Of a stretch of 25,866 nucleotides of DNA, positions 1 through 9,703 are shown piece after piece. The stretch's first letter is position 1; each line of letters starts with the position of its first letter. A program made the position numbers and the translations under genes. The DNA is from a virus (lineage: Duplodnaviria; Caudoviricetes): positions 1-25,866 of IMG/VR virus record IMGVR_UViG_3300042516_005390. The stretch is one strand, 5' to 3'. The notes beneath the pieces are model-generated. The model saw nothing but the letters and a program-made list of their open reading frames with translations. It ran no database searches and was not told where the DNA came from.

Positions 1-571
1 ATAGCGTAATATCTTCCCAGTAGTCTGCTCTAAATTTAAAACCATCAATCTTATAGTTTGTCTGTTGAGTATAATCCAAATCCATAACAGGAAGGGGACT
101 AATGGGGAAAACACTTGGGTAAATCCAAGTACGAACAATATCACCATTCTTTTTATACAAATGGATAGTCATCAAAGATTGTTTTGATGCATAAGACAAT
201 TTAGGTGTCATTGCTCCAGTTAATGGATCACGAACTAAATCACACCATCTGCGTAGTGCTTTATAAACATACATTGAATTATCATTATTGATATTTACTT
301 CAAAACTCAATGCTACATCAACATATGTATTTGTTACCAATGATCCTGCATATGATCTCTTATGACCTTTGAATGTTTGTATAACTTGCTGATCTGGATT
401 TTGATCAACTGCCATTCCTTTAACCGAAATAACATTTTCAATAATAAGTTCTTTGTCCCATACAGTAACACCTGGTGGTGGAATTAAAGATACTTGAAAA
501 AGATTCATATACACAGGTTCGAATTGCTCCATACCTGCTTTTGAGTTTTTATAGTGTGGTAAAAGTCCCAT
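1..571 (-). CDS. Tail tube protein (T4 gp19-like), 3' end at the window edge
   Basis: Not in the ORF track. Manual translation from ATG at 571: MGLLPHYKNSKAGMEQFEPVYMNLFQVSL...FEVNINNDNSMYVYKALRRWCDLVRDPLTG...FRADYWEDITL (190 codons to position 2; the next codon begins with T and may be the stop). Size, the W..L..DP.TG and terminal F..DYW motifs, and position downstream of the sheath fit gp19-type tubes. Confidence 0.85.
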   Translation of the reverse strand, partial: MGLLPHYKNSKAGMEQFEPVYMNLFQVSLIPPPGVTVWDKELIIENVISVKGMAVDQNPDQQVIQTFKGHKRSYAGSLVTNTYVDVALSFEVNINNDNSMYVYKALRRWCDLVRDPLTGAMTPKLSYASKQSLMTIHLYKKNGDIVRTWIYPSVFPISPLPVMDLDYTQQTNYKIDGFKFRADYWEDITL

Positions 572-618
572 TTGTTTCGGGTTCTTATTTTTATCTTAGA
601 TGTTTGACATCTTATATT

Positions 619-627
619 CTATATATC
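619..627 (-). promoter_or_regulatory. Putative late promoter GATATATAG for the tail tube
   Basis: CTATATATC on +, 48 bp upstream of the tube ATG. The same 12-mer CTATATATCAAA precedes the sheath gene. Confidence 0.65.
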
Positions 628-695
628 AAAGTTTTTTCTAAAAATTTATTTTCTTTTATATTTTAGAACTTTTTTTTGACATTTTATCAAACTAA

Positions 696-1049
696 TCAAA
701 AATTATGACTAATTATTTTATCTACTATTTGCTTTGAAGTTCCTTTGAAATTGTCAAGAACGCCACCATCAGAACTCTGAATTTGTATCATCTTTCCTTC
801 AAGAGTGAATGTATATTCATTTCCATTAATTAAAACTTTTACTCTTGGCTTTCCAAAATCAACATCATCAGAATCTATTTGGATTTGAACACCTGCTTCT
901 GATGCAGAACTAACAATATAACTTATCTTTTTTACTAGTTTATCCCTTTCCTCTACAATATTTTGGCTCAAGTTTTGAGCCATAATGTTTTGAGATTCAA
1001 ATTGATGCTTTTGCTGTTGCAAAAACTTTGAATAAGTTGATATTATCAT
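696..1049 (-). CDS. Hypothetical protein between sheath and tube (possible internal head protein)
   Basis: 117-aa ORF filling the gap. The N-terminus MIISTYSKFL loosely resembles the T4 capsid-targeting sequence MKTYQEFI. Confidence 0.7.
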   Translation of the reverse strand: MIISTYSKFLQQQKHQFESQNIMAQNLSQNIVEERDKLVKKISYIVSSASEAGVQIQIDSDDVDFGKPRVKVLINGNEYTFTLEGKMIQIQSSDGGVLDNFKGTSKQIVDKIISHNF

Positions 1050-1066
1050 AAAATCAAAAAATTATA

Positions 1067-1118
1067 GGTGGGGTAAATGTCCAGTTTCTTATTATGAAAA
1101 CTGGACATTTTAACCACC
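1067..1118 (-). terminator. Long stem-loop after the sheath gene (terminator or RNA processing site)
   Basis: GGTGG-ggt-AAATGTCCAGTTT...AAACTGGACATTT-taa-CCACC inverted repeat starting 7 bp after the sheath stop, followed on - by TATAATTTTTT. Confidence 0.55.
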
Positions 1119-1124
1119 ATTCAA

Positions 1125-4100
1125 TTAAACAAACTGAAACGCTGATGCGTTTGCTCCACCTGTCTTCGTAACTGTAATTCTTGAAATTGCAACTTGAATA
1201 CCTCTTGCTGGTTCTACTGCAATATCAATAATAGCTTTGTTTTGGTCAATGATTTCAGGAGGATTGTTTGTATCATCCATTTGTGTGAAGAAATTGTATA
1301 TTCCACCTGCTGATCTAACACCATCTAAGAATGTATCTACAATAGACTTAATTTCCAATCGTGTTGTTGCATCATTAAATTCAAAGATGTATCTTGCTAA
1401 AATATCTTCAACACCTTCTTCAATAGTGATCAGCAAATCACGAACATGAACATTGTTCATTGCAGATGGTACTTTTTGGTATGCAGTTTGATTTCCATAA
1501 ATCATTGTACCAAGTCTCGCTCTCTTAACAATAGGATTCAAACCAAATGGTTCAAGTGATTCTCTATCGTTATCTGACAAATCAATTTCAGGACCAACCA
1601 AACGACTATCTGACAATATACCTCTTCTAGGTCCTGCAACAATTGAGTAAGGGAAACCATTAATGAATTTCAAAACAAAATTGTTTGAAACATGAGCTGC
1701 TGGTGGTACTATTATATTCTTTGTTCCATCTCTCAAAATTATGTAAGGGAAGAAAAATGCTGCATGTTTTGCTCCATTTTCTTCATCTGGTAATGAATAT
1801 GAGAAACTTGGTCCAAGAGATTGATTTCCACCTGTTGCAATATAAGATGTATTCAACAATGGTCTTGGATTACCTCCTGCTGGATCTGGTTCATCTGTAA
1901 ATCTAGGATCTGTAGATGCTTCAAATTGTTTTGCAGAAGGAGGATTAAGCAGAGCCAAACACTTCAAGCGTTCTTTAGCTAATTTAGAAAGAATGCTCTT
2001 TGGATAATTATTTGGTTGTAATCCACCATCAAATGTATCAACAATATAACGGAATTGGATAACATCACGACTTGTTAATGCTTCAAAAAGATTAGTAGTT
2101 TCAAGAACTTCATAAATCTTCTCCATTTGAGATTGCTTATTAGTTCTATCACCTGGCAAGTGGAATGATGTTAATTTGAAACCACTCATACCTGAGAATT
2201 CATAAGTAGTAACAAAATCGTCTATTGACTTATATCTTGTGATAGTTTTATCGCCTGTACCATATTCATTAAGAATTTGAATTGGTTGATTTACAGTATA
2301 ACGGAATTTGAAAAGAGAAGTTGTTTCATCAAAAATCTTTCTCTTTCTAATAATCTTTGTAAGTCTATAAACATCAGCACCTTCATCATCAGTTGTATAT
2401 GATACAAGATATTGACCTACATCTAATCCAGTTGCATCTGCTACATTTACATCAACCTCTGTTTTTGTAGCATTCCATGCTTGTACAACAAATGTTTCAG
2501 AGAAAGAATCTGCAAATGGATAAATGTTTATAGTTCCTGATGAATTAATTGCACCATCTTTAACATAATTCAAAATATCAATAAATGAACCGATTTGTGT
2601 ATATGTTCCAGTTACAGCACCTTGTAAGTTCAATGCTGTGAATGGTTCTCCTGAATCATCAGTTGTAATTACGCTTGAACCATCAAATACATCAGTAATT
2701 TCAACAGTTGCATCAGCAACTACAGCACCACCTGTTCCAGTTGTTGTGTAATAACCAATAACTTTGAAAATTTCATTTGATGTGTTTGTTGATGCTCCAA
2801 CATATTCAAGTTCGGCAGCATAACCTGCATCCAAATCTGTTCCGTCACCAGGTGCATTTAATGCCCAATAAGTTCCACCTACAACATAAGCTGCATCAGG
2901 ATTACCTGTTAATGCTGCATTAACTTCAATATATGTTGTTGATTCTGAAATAACAGTATTCAATGCACTATCTTCATATGCTCTAATTTCAAGAACTGGA
3001 ATACCATCTGCATCTGCTGATTTACCATATTTCAAATAATAAAAATCAGTAGAACCATAATAGTATTTATCACCATTTGTTAAGAAACCAGAGTCATAAT
3101 CTTTATAGATTTGTGAATATGGATAAGCAATAAACTTATTAACTGCTCCTGTTGTATCAAAATAAAACAAATCAGGAGTGTAAGCTATAGTAATTTGGTC
3201 GCCTGATAAATCAGGGAATTGTAAAGCACCAAATGTTGATGTGTAATAACTTGGGTTATATGTCATATCCTGCAAGTTTAATACATTCACTAATGGTACG
3301 ATTGTATTTGAAGAACCATTAAGAATTGGTGAATCATTAACATCTACATAAAATGTAGTTGTGTCTTGAGAATTTTTAATAAGAACTTCATCACCATCTG
3401 CAATATCACCTGTTTGATCACCACTCAAAACAATAGAACCACCAAATGTTACTAAAACACTACCACTTGCAGTCGCATTTGCAGACATTGTAATAGTTGT
3501 TCCAGTAATATCAGTTATGTATGTACCCGAAGGAATACCTGTTCCTGTGATAGGCTGATTTTCACGAATGTTAGTAGCAGATGATACTGTAAATGTATCT
3601 GAACCACTTGTTAAAGTTACTGTCTGTGATGTTTGGAATGTAGCAGCTAAAACACTAACAGGTGTCATTGTTAATTCATCAGCTTTATCAGGATGTGAGA
3701 ATGTAATTTTCAAAATCGTATTCCCACTTGAATCTAATGTTTCTTGTTTTGATTCAACTCTTGCCCAATCACCACTATCCATTTGAATTACAGAACCACC
3801 TACTATCAAATTACTTACGATAAATTGGTATTCTGCATATTTTACTACAGATGTTGATGCAGGTCTTTTTAGAACCAAAACATTCTTGAATGCACCTTGA
3901 GAACCTCTACCTTTATATGATTCTGTATAATAATCTCCAGATGTTTCTGCATCATAAGTTGTTGATGTAAAACTTCCTGTGTTTTCAGTATAGGTAAATT
4001 CTTCTTTAACATTAGTCTTATATGACAACATATCCAAATAATCTACATTATATGCTGGATCAGCCAAATGATGACCAATTACATCATATTTTGATGTAGA

Positions 4101-5027
4101 TGTTTCATAATCAGCTAATGCTTCTTTATTAAAAGCTAAAAATACACCTGTTGTAGCAACACTATTATTAACAATAGTATCAAGTGAATGATTTACACCA
4201 TTACCATCAACAAAATCAGGTATCAAGCATCCATTAAATCTTGCAACAGTATTGATTTCTTCTGATGAAAGAAATGCATTTAATTGTGATTTAAGAATAC
4301 CTCTTTCGTTGAAATATTTTGAGAATATTGGATCAGTAGAAAGTTTCTTATAGTTTGTCCAATTTCCTTGAACAATAATAACTTCTACAAAGTAATCTGC
4401 GATATAATCAAAGTCTTCAATATATGCTGGTTTTTCTTCACCAGATTGACCATACCAATCTCTTGCTGTAATATCAAATCCATTAACAACTGTTTTACGG
4501 ATGATAACAGAAAGTGGTCCTTGGCTCAAATTTACAATATGAAGTAATTTTCCAGTGTTTGAAGCATTTGCATTTGCAATAGCAACCAAATTTGTTTCAT
4601 CAGGATACCAAAATCTTTGAGTATTATAGAAATTAGAATAAAGAGCCTTTGTTACACTACCATTGGTTTCAGCAGTATCTACTGAGAATGATCGGTACTC
4701 TGTGGCATCTCCACCTTGAGAAATAGGTTGGTTATTTAACGGCAATAGATTAAGACCAAAAACAGGTCCTATATCTAAACAAGTAAATAACGATCTATGG
4801 AAAAAACTACCTCTTGATTCCAAGAAAGGATCGATTTCTCCAAATATTCGTCTTGCAGTTTTAACATCAGGCAAATATACAGGTGAATTGAAAGGTCCTT
4901 TTCTTGAGAAACCTACAACTAAACGAACTGTCTGTGTATTAAGAATAATACTTTCAGATGCGTCAAATTCTAATGTGTATACTCCAGATGCTTTGAACTG
5001 AGTCAGGTCCAGTTTAATTTTAGCCAT
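1125..5027 (-). CDS. Contractile tail sheath protein (T4 gp18-like) with large insertions
   Basis: N-terminal SGVYTLEFD...VGFSRKGPFNSP and C-terminal AGPRRG, GLNPI, IYGNQT, NVHVRDLL, FEFND, DDTNNPPEIID, DIAVEPARG are sheath motifs. Confidence 0.95.
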   Translation of the reverse strand: MAKIKLDLTQFKASGVYTLEFDASESIILNTQTVRLVVGFSRKGPFNSPVYLPDVKTARRIFGEIDPFLESRGSFFHRSLFTCLDIGPVFGLNLLPLNNQPISQGGDATEYRSFSVDTAETNGSVTKALYSNFYNTQRFWYPDETNLVAIANANASNTGKLLHIVNLSQGPLSVIIRKTVVNGFDITARDWYGQSGEEKPAYIEDFDYIADYFVEVIIVQGNWTNYKKLSTDPIFSKYFNERGILKSQLNAFLSSEEINTVARFNGCLIPDFVDGNGVNHSLDTIVNNSVATTGVFLAFNKEALADYETSTSKYDVIGHHLADPAYNVDYLDMLSYKTNVKEEFTYTENTGSFTSTTYDAETSGDYYTESYKGRGSQGAFKNVLVLKRPASTSVVKYAEYQFIVSNLIVGGSVIQMDSGDWARVESKQETLDSSGNTILKITFSHPDKADELTMTPVSVLAATFQTSQTVTLTSGSDTFTVSSATNIRENQPITGTGIPSGTYITDITGTTITMSANATASGSVLVTFGGSIVLSGDQTGDIADGDEVLIKNSQDTTTFYVDVNDSPILNGSSNTIVPLVNVLNLQDMTYNPSYYTSTFGALQFPDLSGDQITIAYTPDLFYFDTTGAVNKFIAYPYSQIYKDYDSGFLTNGDKYYYGSTDFYYLKYGKSADADGIPVLEIRAYEDSALNTVISESTTYIEVNAALTGNPDAAYVVGGTYWALNAPGDGTDLDAGYAAELEYVGASTNTSNEIFKVIGYYTTTGTGGAVVADATVEITDVFDGSSVITTDDSGEPFTALNLQGAVTGTYTQIGSFIDILNYVKDGAINSSGTINIYPFADSFSETFVVQAWNATKTEVDVNVADATGLDVGQYLVSYTTDDEGADVYRLTKIIRKRKIFDETTSLFKFRYTVNQPIQILNEYGTGDKTITRYKSIDDFVTTYEFSGMSGFKLTSFHLPGDRTNKQSQMEKIYEVLETTNLFEALTSRDVIQFRYIVDTFDGGLQPNNYPKSILSKLAKERLKCLALLNPPSAKQFEASTDPRFTDEPDPAGGNPRPLLNTSYIATGGNQSLGPSFSYSLPDEENGAKHAAFFFPYIILRDGTKNIIVPPAAHVSNNFVLKFINGFPYSIVAGPRRGILSDSRLVGPEIDLSDNDRESLEPFGLNPIVKRARLGTMIYGNQTAYQKVPSAMNNVHVRDLLITIEEGVEDILARYIFEFNDATTRLEIKSIVDTFLDGVRSAGGIYNFFTQMDDTNNPPEIIDQNKAIIDIAVEPARGIQVAISRITVTKTGGANASAFQFV
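2604..2930 (-). repeat. Copy of the capsid insertion domain inside the tail sheath (aa ~700-808)
   Basis: IEVNAALTGNPDAAYVVGGTYWALNAPGDGTDLDAGY...ALNLQGAVTG aligns with capsid aa ~136-249. Confidence 0.95.
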
Positions 5028-5071
5028 ATTTAAGAAGCATTTTTTTTCCTCTAATGAGGGTTTTACTAATA

Positions 5072-5080
5072 CTATATATC
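5072..5080 (-). promoter_or_regulatory. Putative late promoter GATATATAG for the tail sheath
   Basis: CTATATATC on +, 45 bp upstream of the sheath ATG. Confidence 0.65.
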
Positions 5081-5163
5081 AAAAGTAAAAATGAAATTTA
5101 CTTAAAAATTGAATTTTATATTTACATTTTACCTTAATTATTTAATTATCCTCAGTTTTTAAT

Positions 5164-5194
5164 AAAAAAGCCCTATTATTTTCTAATAGGGCTT
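5164..5194 (-). terminator. Rho-independent terminator
   Basis: AAGCCCTATTA-ttttc-TAATAGGGCTT stem with a U-tract on the - strand, just after the stop at 5220. Confidence 0.8.
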
Positions 5195-5219
5195 ATTCAT
5201 CAAAGATTATATTTTAATT

Positions 5220-5570
5220 TCAATCTTTTTTTGATTTCCGAAAGTTATCCTTAAAAAATTCAGAGAATGTATATCCCTTAATTTTATCAAGATAAACATC
5301 TTTTCTAAATGATTCTGCGACAATTCTTTTATCCATCTGTTCAATTTCTTTTACCGCCATTTCATACATTCTTTCAATATAAGTTTCATCTTTGAAAATT
5401 ATAGTGTCATTTTGTGGACTATTATAATTTCTATTATCTACAATTTTTGATTTACCGAGTTTATCACCATCTGATTTTAAGAACACAATGGTATCAATCT
5501 CTCCATCATATCCAACAACTTTAACACAATTGTCCTCAACAATAACCGATACATCATTTGTATAAGACAT
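5220..5570 (-). CDS. Hypothetical protein
   Basis: The ORF track starts at TTG 5609, but that codon lies inside a predicted promoter. ATG at 5570 (MSYTNDV...) is the more likely start. Confidence 0.7.
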   Translation of the reverse strand: MSYTNDVSVIVEDNCVKVVGYDGEIDTIVFLKSDGDKLGKSKIVDNRNYNSPQNDTIIFKDETYIERMYEMAVKEIEQMDKRIVAESFRKDVYLDKIKGYTFSEFFKDNFRKSKKD

Positions 5571-5606
5571 AACTACCTCAACATATTTGAAAAAACTATT
5601 GCAATA

Positions 5607-5638
5607 CAAAAATAATAAAAATATTTGACATATGCAAA
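5607..5638 (-). promoter_or_regulatory. Bacteroidota housekeeping-sigma promoter
   Basis: On -: TTTG (5638-5635), 20-bp spacer, TATTTTTG (5614-5607), matching TTTG-N19-21-TAnnTTTG. Confidence 0.6.
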
Positions 5639-6442
5639 TTAAGGTTTAATTTTTAGTAAAAATAGAAGTAAGTCTTCTATTGATTTATGTGGAATATTAA
5701 GAGGTTTATGTCCGTGCTTTTGTTCAAAATAAATATCAGCACCTATTAATCTTTGATTATAGTAATCATTTTTTTCAATTGTTGTATTTCTAAATTCAGG
5801 ACTATCATTAATATAATGATGTGCATTTGCTATATCGGCAAAATACCAAAATGGCGGATGTAATTCAGCGTTTATAATTCTATTCGTATAATCAACATGC
5901 TCATGTATATTGTAAAAATTTTCATCCATATATCCTACTGCATCTATACAATCTTTATGGATATACATAAAAGGACCTGAACACCAATGATAGAAACAAA
6001 TATGCGTTTCATCATAATGAACACAATATACAGGTGTTGGATGATCTATTGTACCATCACTCTTTCTTTTTGAATTTCCATATCCTTGTAAAGCATAATT
6101 AAAATGTTTTATACCTGATTTCAAAGATGCTTCAATATATTTTTCAAATATTTTATCATCTTTTATAATAATATCATCTTCTAATAAAAATAAATGTTCA
6201 CAACCTTTACCAACCAAATATCGTAAAGCAGAATTTTTTGCTCCAGCTACTCCTTTATTTTTTGTATGTTGAATTACATCATGTTGATTGCCATATATTG
6301 TAAAGTCGTATGGTGTACCATCATTTACAATTACAACATTTTCGATATAACTTGGAATAGTCTCTAAACATATTTTCAATCTTGATGGGGAATTATATGT
6401 AACAATTCCTATTCCTATTTTATTGTAATTTATTTGTTCCAT
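5639..6442 (-). CDS. Glycosyltransferase family 2 (GT-A fold)
   Basis: IGIVTYN, VIVNDGT, NKGVAGAKN, LLEDD (DxD-like) and VGYMDENF motifs. Confidence 0.88.
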   Translation of the reverse strand: MEQINYNKIGIGIVTYNSPSRLKICLETIPSYIENVVIVNDGTPYDFTIYGNQHDVIQHTKNKGVAGAKNSALRYLVGKGCEHLFLLEDDIIIKDDKIFEKYIEASLKSGIKHFNYALQGYGNSKRKSDGTIDHPTPVYCVHYDETHICFYHWCSGPFMYIHKDCIDAVGYMDENFYNIHEHVDYTNRIINAELHPPFWYFADIANAHHYINDSPEFRNTTIEKNDYYNQRLIGADIYFEQKHGHKPLNIPHKSIEDLLLFLLKIKP

Positions 6443-6926
6443 AATACTCTGGGTCTATTATTACTATTCCTTTTTTATGCAGATTATATACATCAAAATT
6501 TTTAGATAATAAATAATGATATACTGAACCTAAATTAGTTATTAGGTTATCACAATGAATTATATCAAAATTGTGATATATTTGAACTTTCAAATCTATA
6601 CTTTCTTCTGTTATTTCGTAATAGTGTGGAATAAAATTATGATTGGGTTTATAGTTTCCATATCCTATTCTATCAGTTAAAATATCTACAATGTTAAACA
6701 AATCAAGAAAAGTAAGATGTTCAAATCCTTTCATTATAGGAATGATTTCATCATAACTATAATAAGTCTCACCATATTCTTTACTATTAGTTAAAACTCT
6801 ATTTTTATCAATACTAATTACTTGAGCTAAACCTTTTTTTGTAATAACAAATATTTCTGGAACGATAACTCTTTTTAATAGTTGAATTTCAATCTCACTT
6901 AATCTATTTATCATTTTAGTCCTCAC
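6420..6926 (-). CDS. Hypothetical protein
   Basis: 168-aa ORF overlapping both neighbours in an operon-like run. Confidence 0.7.
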   Translation of the reverse strand: MRTKMINRLSEIEIQLLKRVIVPEIFVITKKGLAQVISIDKNRVLTNSKEYGETYYSYDEIIPIMKGFEHLTFLDLFNIVDILTDRIGYGNYKPNHNFIPHYYEITEESIDLKVQIYHNFDIIHCDNLITNLGSVYHYLLSKNFDVYNLHKKGIVIIDPEYYGTNKLQ

Positions 6927-7926
6927 ATATTCTTTTTAAGTTTTCAAGTTGTTCTTCATTTAATTCTTGTTTTGGAATGTATAATTTTATTCTTGCATAA
7001 GTTTTACCACTCATGAAAGGACCATCACAAATTTTTATCAATTCATCAGTATCAAACCATTTATTTATTTTGTATTCATATGTTAGATTTGGATCATCAA
7101 AAAGAGATATAGTTTTTTTCGTTCCTGTTACCAAATCTATGTATCTAATATGTTGCGTAACAACAATATCATTTCCAACTCTTTCATAATTTTCTTCTGC
7201 CTGTTCTACTATTTTAACAATAACATCGCCTCTTTGTCCTCTTTTAGAAGGTGATTCATGCCCAGCATGTCTCATTCTATACATTCCAGTTTTATCTATA
7301 CCTTTAGGTATTTCAAATGTTAATGTTGTATCTTCTAAAATAAATCCATCTTGGCAATTTGTGGGACAATTTTGTGTTTTTTGTTTAATAGAACCTGTTC
7401 CTTTACATGTGTAACAATGAGTTCTTTCTTCAACTCTGAAATAATCATTACCTTTGACTTGAACAATAATTCCGCTTCCACCACAAGTATTACAACGACT
7501 ATGAGTATTAGCACATGAACTACACCAAGTTCTTCTCTTATATGATACTTGTTTTTTTGCTCCGAATATAGCATCATAAATTGAAGCAAATACCTGAACT
7601 TCTAAAGGTTGAATGGGTTGTTCTCTTCTTTCAAACATATCTTCGGCAAAACCAAACCCAGAAAACATACCTTCTGTTGAAGTAAATATATCATTCCAAG
7701 ATGAATTACCAAATCCACCTCCAGAATTTCTTTGCATATCATATACTCTCTTTTTTTGAGGATTAGATAGAGTTTGATATGCTTCATTTATTTCTTTAAA
7801 TCTTTCAGCACCATTTGGATTTTTATCAGGATGATATTGGAGAGATAGTGTCCTAAATGCTTTTTTTATTTCTTCATCAGTTGCTTGAGGACTAACATCA
7901 AGTATGTTATAGTAATCTTTACTCAT
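6916..7926 (-). CDS. dnaJ: DnaJ (Hsp40) co-chaperone, class A
   Basis: J-domain (DYYNIL...YHPDKN...FKEINEAYQTLS), G/F-rich linker, four Cys pairs including CNTCGGSG and CYTCKGTG, and a C-terminal domain (IPKG, GDVIV). Confidence 0.93.
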   Translation of the reverse strand: MSKDYYNILDVSPQATDEEIKKAFRTLSLQYHPDKNPNGAERFKEINEAYQTLSNPQKKRVYDMQRNSGGGFGNSSWNDIFTSTEGMFSGFGFAEDMFERREQPIQPLEVQVFASIYDAIFGAKKQVSYKRRTWCSSCANTHSRCNTCGGSGIIVQVKGNDYFRVEERTHCYTCKGTGSIKQKTQNCPTNCQDGFILEDTTLTFEIPKGIDKTGMYRMRHAGHESPSKRGQRGDVIVKIVEQAEENYERVGNDIVVTQHIRYIDLVTGTKKTISLFDDPNLTYEYKINKWFDTDELIKICDGPFMSGKTYARIKLYIPKQELNEEQLENLKRICED

Positions 7927-7967
7927 AGAAATTTTTTGTTGTTTTACAATATAGAAAAAATAAAAAT

Positions 7968-7998
7968 TTTGTTTTTTATTATCTTTTACCTATATTTG
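7968..7998 (+). promoter_or_regulatory. Bacteroidota housekeeping-sigma promoter
   Basis: TTTG (7968-7971), 19-bp spacer, TATATTTG (7991-7998), ending 4 bp before the ATG at 8003. Confidence 0.6.
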
Positions 7999-8002
7999 TA
8001 TT

Positions 8003-8719
8003 ATGAATATAAAAGATACATTTATAGAATTAGTGAGAACGACCATACCTCATGGGTATGAATCATCTCTATTACATCTTTTTCCAACTTATGAAATAGA
8101 TCCATTTGGAAATATATTTATAAAAGTTGGAGATGATTTACCTTCTGTTTTATTTACTTCACACTTAGATACTTTTAGTAAAGGTGAACCAGAAACTATC
8201 AAACATAAGATTTCTAAAGATTTTATCAAAACAAATGGTAAAACAATTTTAGGAGCAGATGATAAAGCAGGTGTAACTATTCTTCTTTCTATGATTGAAA
8301 ATCAGATACCAGGTCTTTATTATTTTTTTGTTGGTGAGGAAATAGGAAGGTTAGGTTCAAGATTTGCAGTAGAATCCGATGAATTTAAAAAGTATGGAAA
8401 ACGAATTAAAAATGTTATTAGTTTTGATAGAAAAGGATATGATTCTATAATAACCCATCAATCTAATGTTAGAACTTGTAGTGATAATTTTGCTATAAAA
8501 CTAAAAGATGCTTTAAATAAAGAAGGCTTGAAAATGAATTTAGATAATAAAGGTGTAAATACCGATTCATTTAGTTTTGTAGATTATAAGAGAATTGAAA
8601 ATTGTACTAACATATCTGTTGGATATTTTAATCATCATTCTCATTCAGAAAAGCAAGATTTAGGATTTTTAGAATTACTTTCAAAAGCATCATGTAAAAT
8701 TGATTGGGATTCTCTATAA
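8003..8719 (+). CDS. Zn-dependent peptidase, M20/M28 clan
   Basis: Metal-ligand motifs SHLDT, LGADDKAG, GEEIG, SFDR and NISVGYFNHH. Confidence 0.88.
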   Translation: MNIKDTFIELVRTTIPHGYESSLLHLFPTYEIDPFGNIFIKVGDDLPSVLFTSHLDTFSKGEPETIKHKISKDFIKTNGKTILGADDKAGVTILLSMIENQIPGLYYFFVGEEIGRLGSRFAVESDEFKKYGKRIKNVISFDRKGYDSIITHQSNVRTCSDNFAIKLKDALNKEGLKMNLDNKGVNTDSFSFVDYKRIENCTNISVGYFNHHSHSEKQDLGFLELLSKASCKIDWDSL

Positions 8720-8722
8720 ATT

Positions 8723-8753
8723 AAAAACTCCATTTATTTCAATGGAGTTTTTT
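8723..8753. terminator. Bidirectional terminator between convergent genes
   Basis: AAAAACTCCATT-tatttc-AATGGAGTTTTT with A/T tracts on both sides. Confidence 0.8.
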
Positions 8754-8754
8754 A

Positions 8755-9396
8755 TTACATACTTTGTTCTTCTAATCTCATTTCAAGTTCTTTTACCTTT
8801 GAATCTAATTCATTAGATACATCTATAACTTTTCTTCTGAAAGAAGTTAGCCAATTCGTAAGTTTATCCCACATCCTTTTATACCAAGGATTCTTCTCCA
8901 TCATTTCTGCTTCTGTCACATTTTCATCATCATATTCAACTTTAAGTGATGGCTTCACTTTTACAGGATTCTTAAATTCTGATTCAGTTTTCATCCTTTC
9001 AATAAAATCCTTTGCACCATCTACCGCTAAAGCAACTATCTCAAGCATAAGAGTTTTAGTTGGCGGATCCCATCTTACAGTTCCTTTTCTATGCTTTAAA
9101 ATCAATCCATATGCTTTATGTGTTGATTTACTTATAGAACTCATTCCTACTTTGATGTCTTCCATCAATCTATTTTGCTCTGAAATTAAATCAGACACAC
9201 CAAGACTTTTCTGTAATTCTTCAACTTGTCTTTCTGCTTCTTTCATTAAATCCATAACTTCACGAAGCTCTTTGACTTTTTCATTTATTTCAGAAATACC
9301 ACCCATCCATCTTTTTGTTTCTTCAGGTTGATTCATTCTGATATTTTTTTCAGATTCATTCTCAAAGTTTTCAAAGAGTTTCAAATATTTCATCAT
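8755..9396 (-). CDS. Hypothetical coiled-coil protein, possible internal virion protein
   Basis: Likely start at MMKYLKLFENFE (9396 or 9393), which avoids overlap with the upstream gene. Helical, with a C-terminal amphipathic WYKRMWDKLTNWL. Confidence 0.75.
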   Translation of the reverse strand: MMKYLKLFENFENESEKNIRMNQPEETKRWMGGISEINEKVKELREVMDLMKEAERQVEELQKSLGVSDLISEQNRLMEDIKVGMSSISKSTHKAYGLILKHRKGTVRWDPPTKTLMLEIVALAVDGAKDFIERMKTESEFKNPVKVKPSLKVEYDDENVTEAEMMEKNPWYKRMWDKLTNWLTSFRRKVIDVSNELDSKVKELEMRLEEQSM

Positions 9397-9403
9397 TTTG
9401 ATT

Positions 9404-9673
9404 TTATTTTTCATTTCCTTTTATGAGTTTATTAACTTCATCAAGAATTGATTGTTCAAACTTTTTTGCTTCTTCTTCTAAAGATGCAATCTTCATGGTT
9501 ATTTCTAATTGTTTAGCTCTAACATCCATTAAAAAACATTTCTGTTCATCTGAAAGATTATTATACCATTGGATATAAATATGAGGAGTGATTCTCGCTG
9601 CTTCATATACCATAATAAATTCAGATATGAACTCAACTAAATCATCATATCCCATAAATTCATTTTCCGACAT
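9404..9673 (-). CDS. Hypothetical protein
   Basis: 89-aa ORF preceded by GATATATAA on - at 9704-9712. Confidence 0.7.
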   Translation of the reverse strand: MSENEFMGYDDLVEFISEFIMVYEAARITPHIYIQWYNNLSDEQKCFLMDVRAKQLEITMKIASLEEEAKKFEQSILDEVNKLIKGNEK

Positions 9674-9703
9674 AAATTCACCTTTAAATAATTGTTATAC
9701 TTT

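Noticed and set aside
475-666. 63-aa + strand ORF
   Set aside because: Antisense to the tail tube gene and its promoter; non-ATG start.
1237-3786. Short + strand ORFs at 1237, 1685 and 3568
   Set aside because: Antisense shadows of the sheath gene.
7335-7787. Two alternative-frame ORFs inside dnaJ
   Set aside because: Fully nested in a well-supported gene, with no recognisable motifs.
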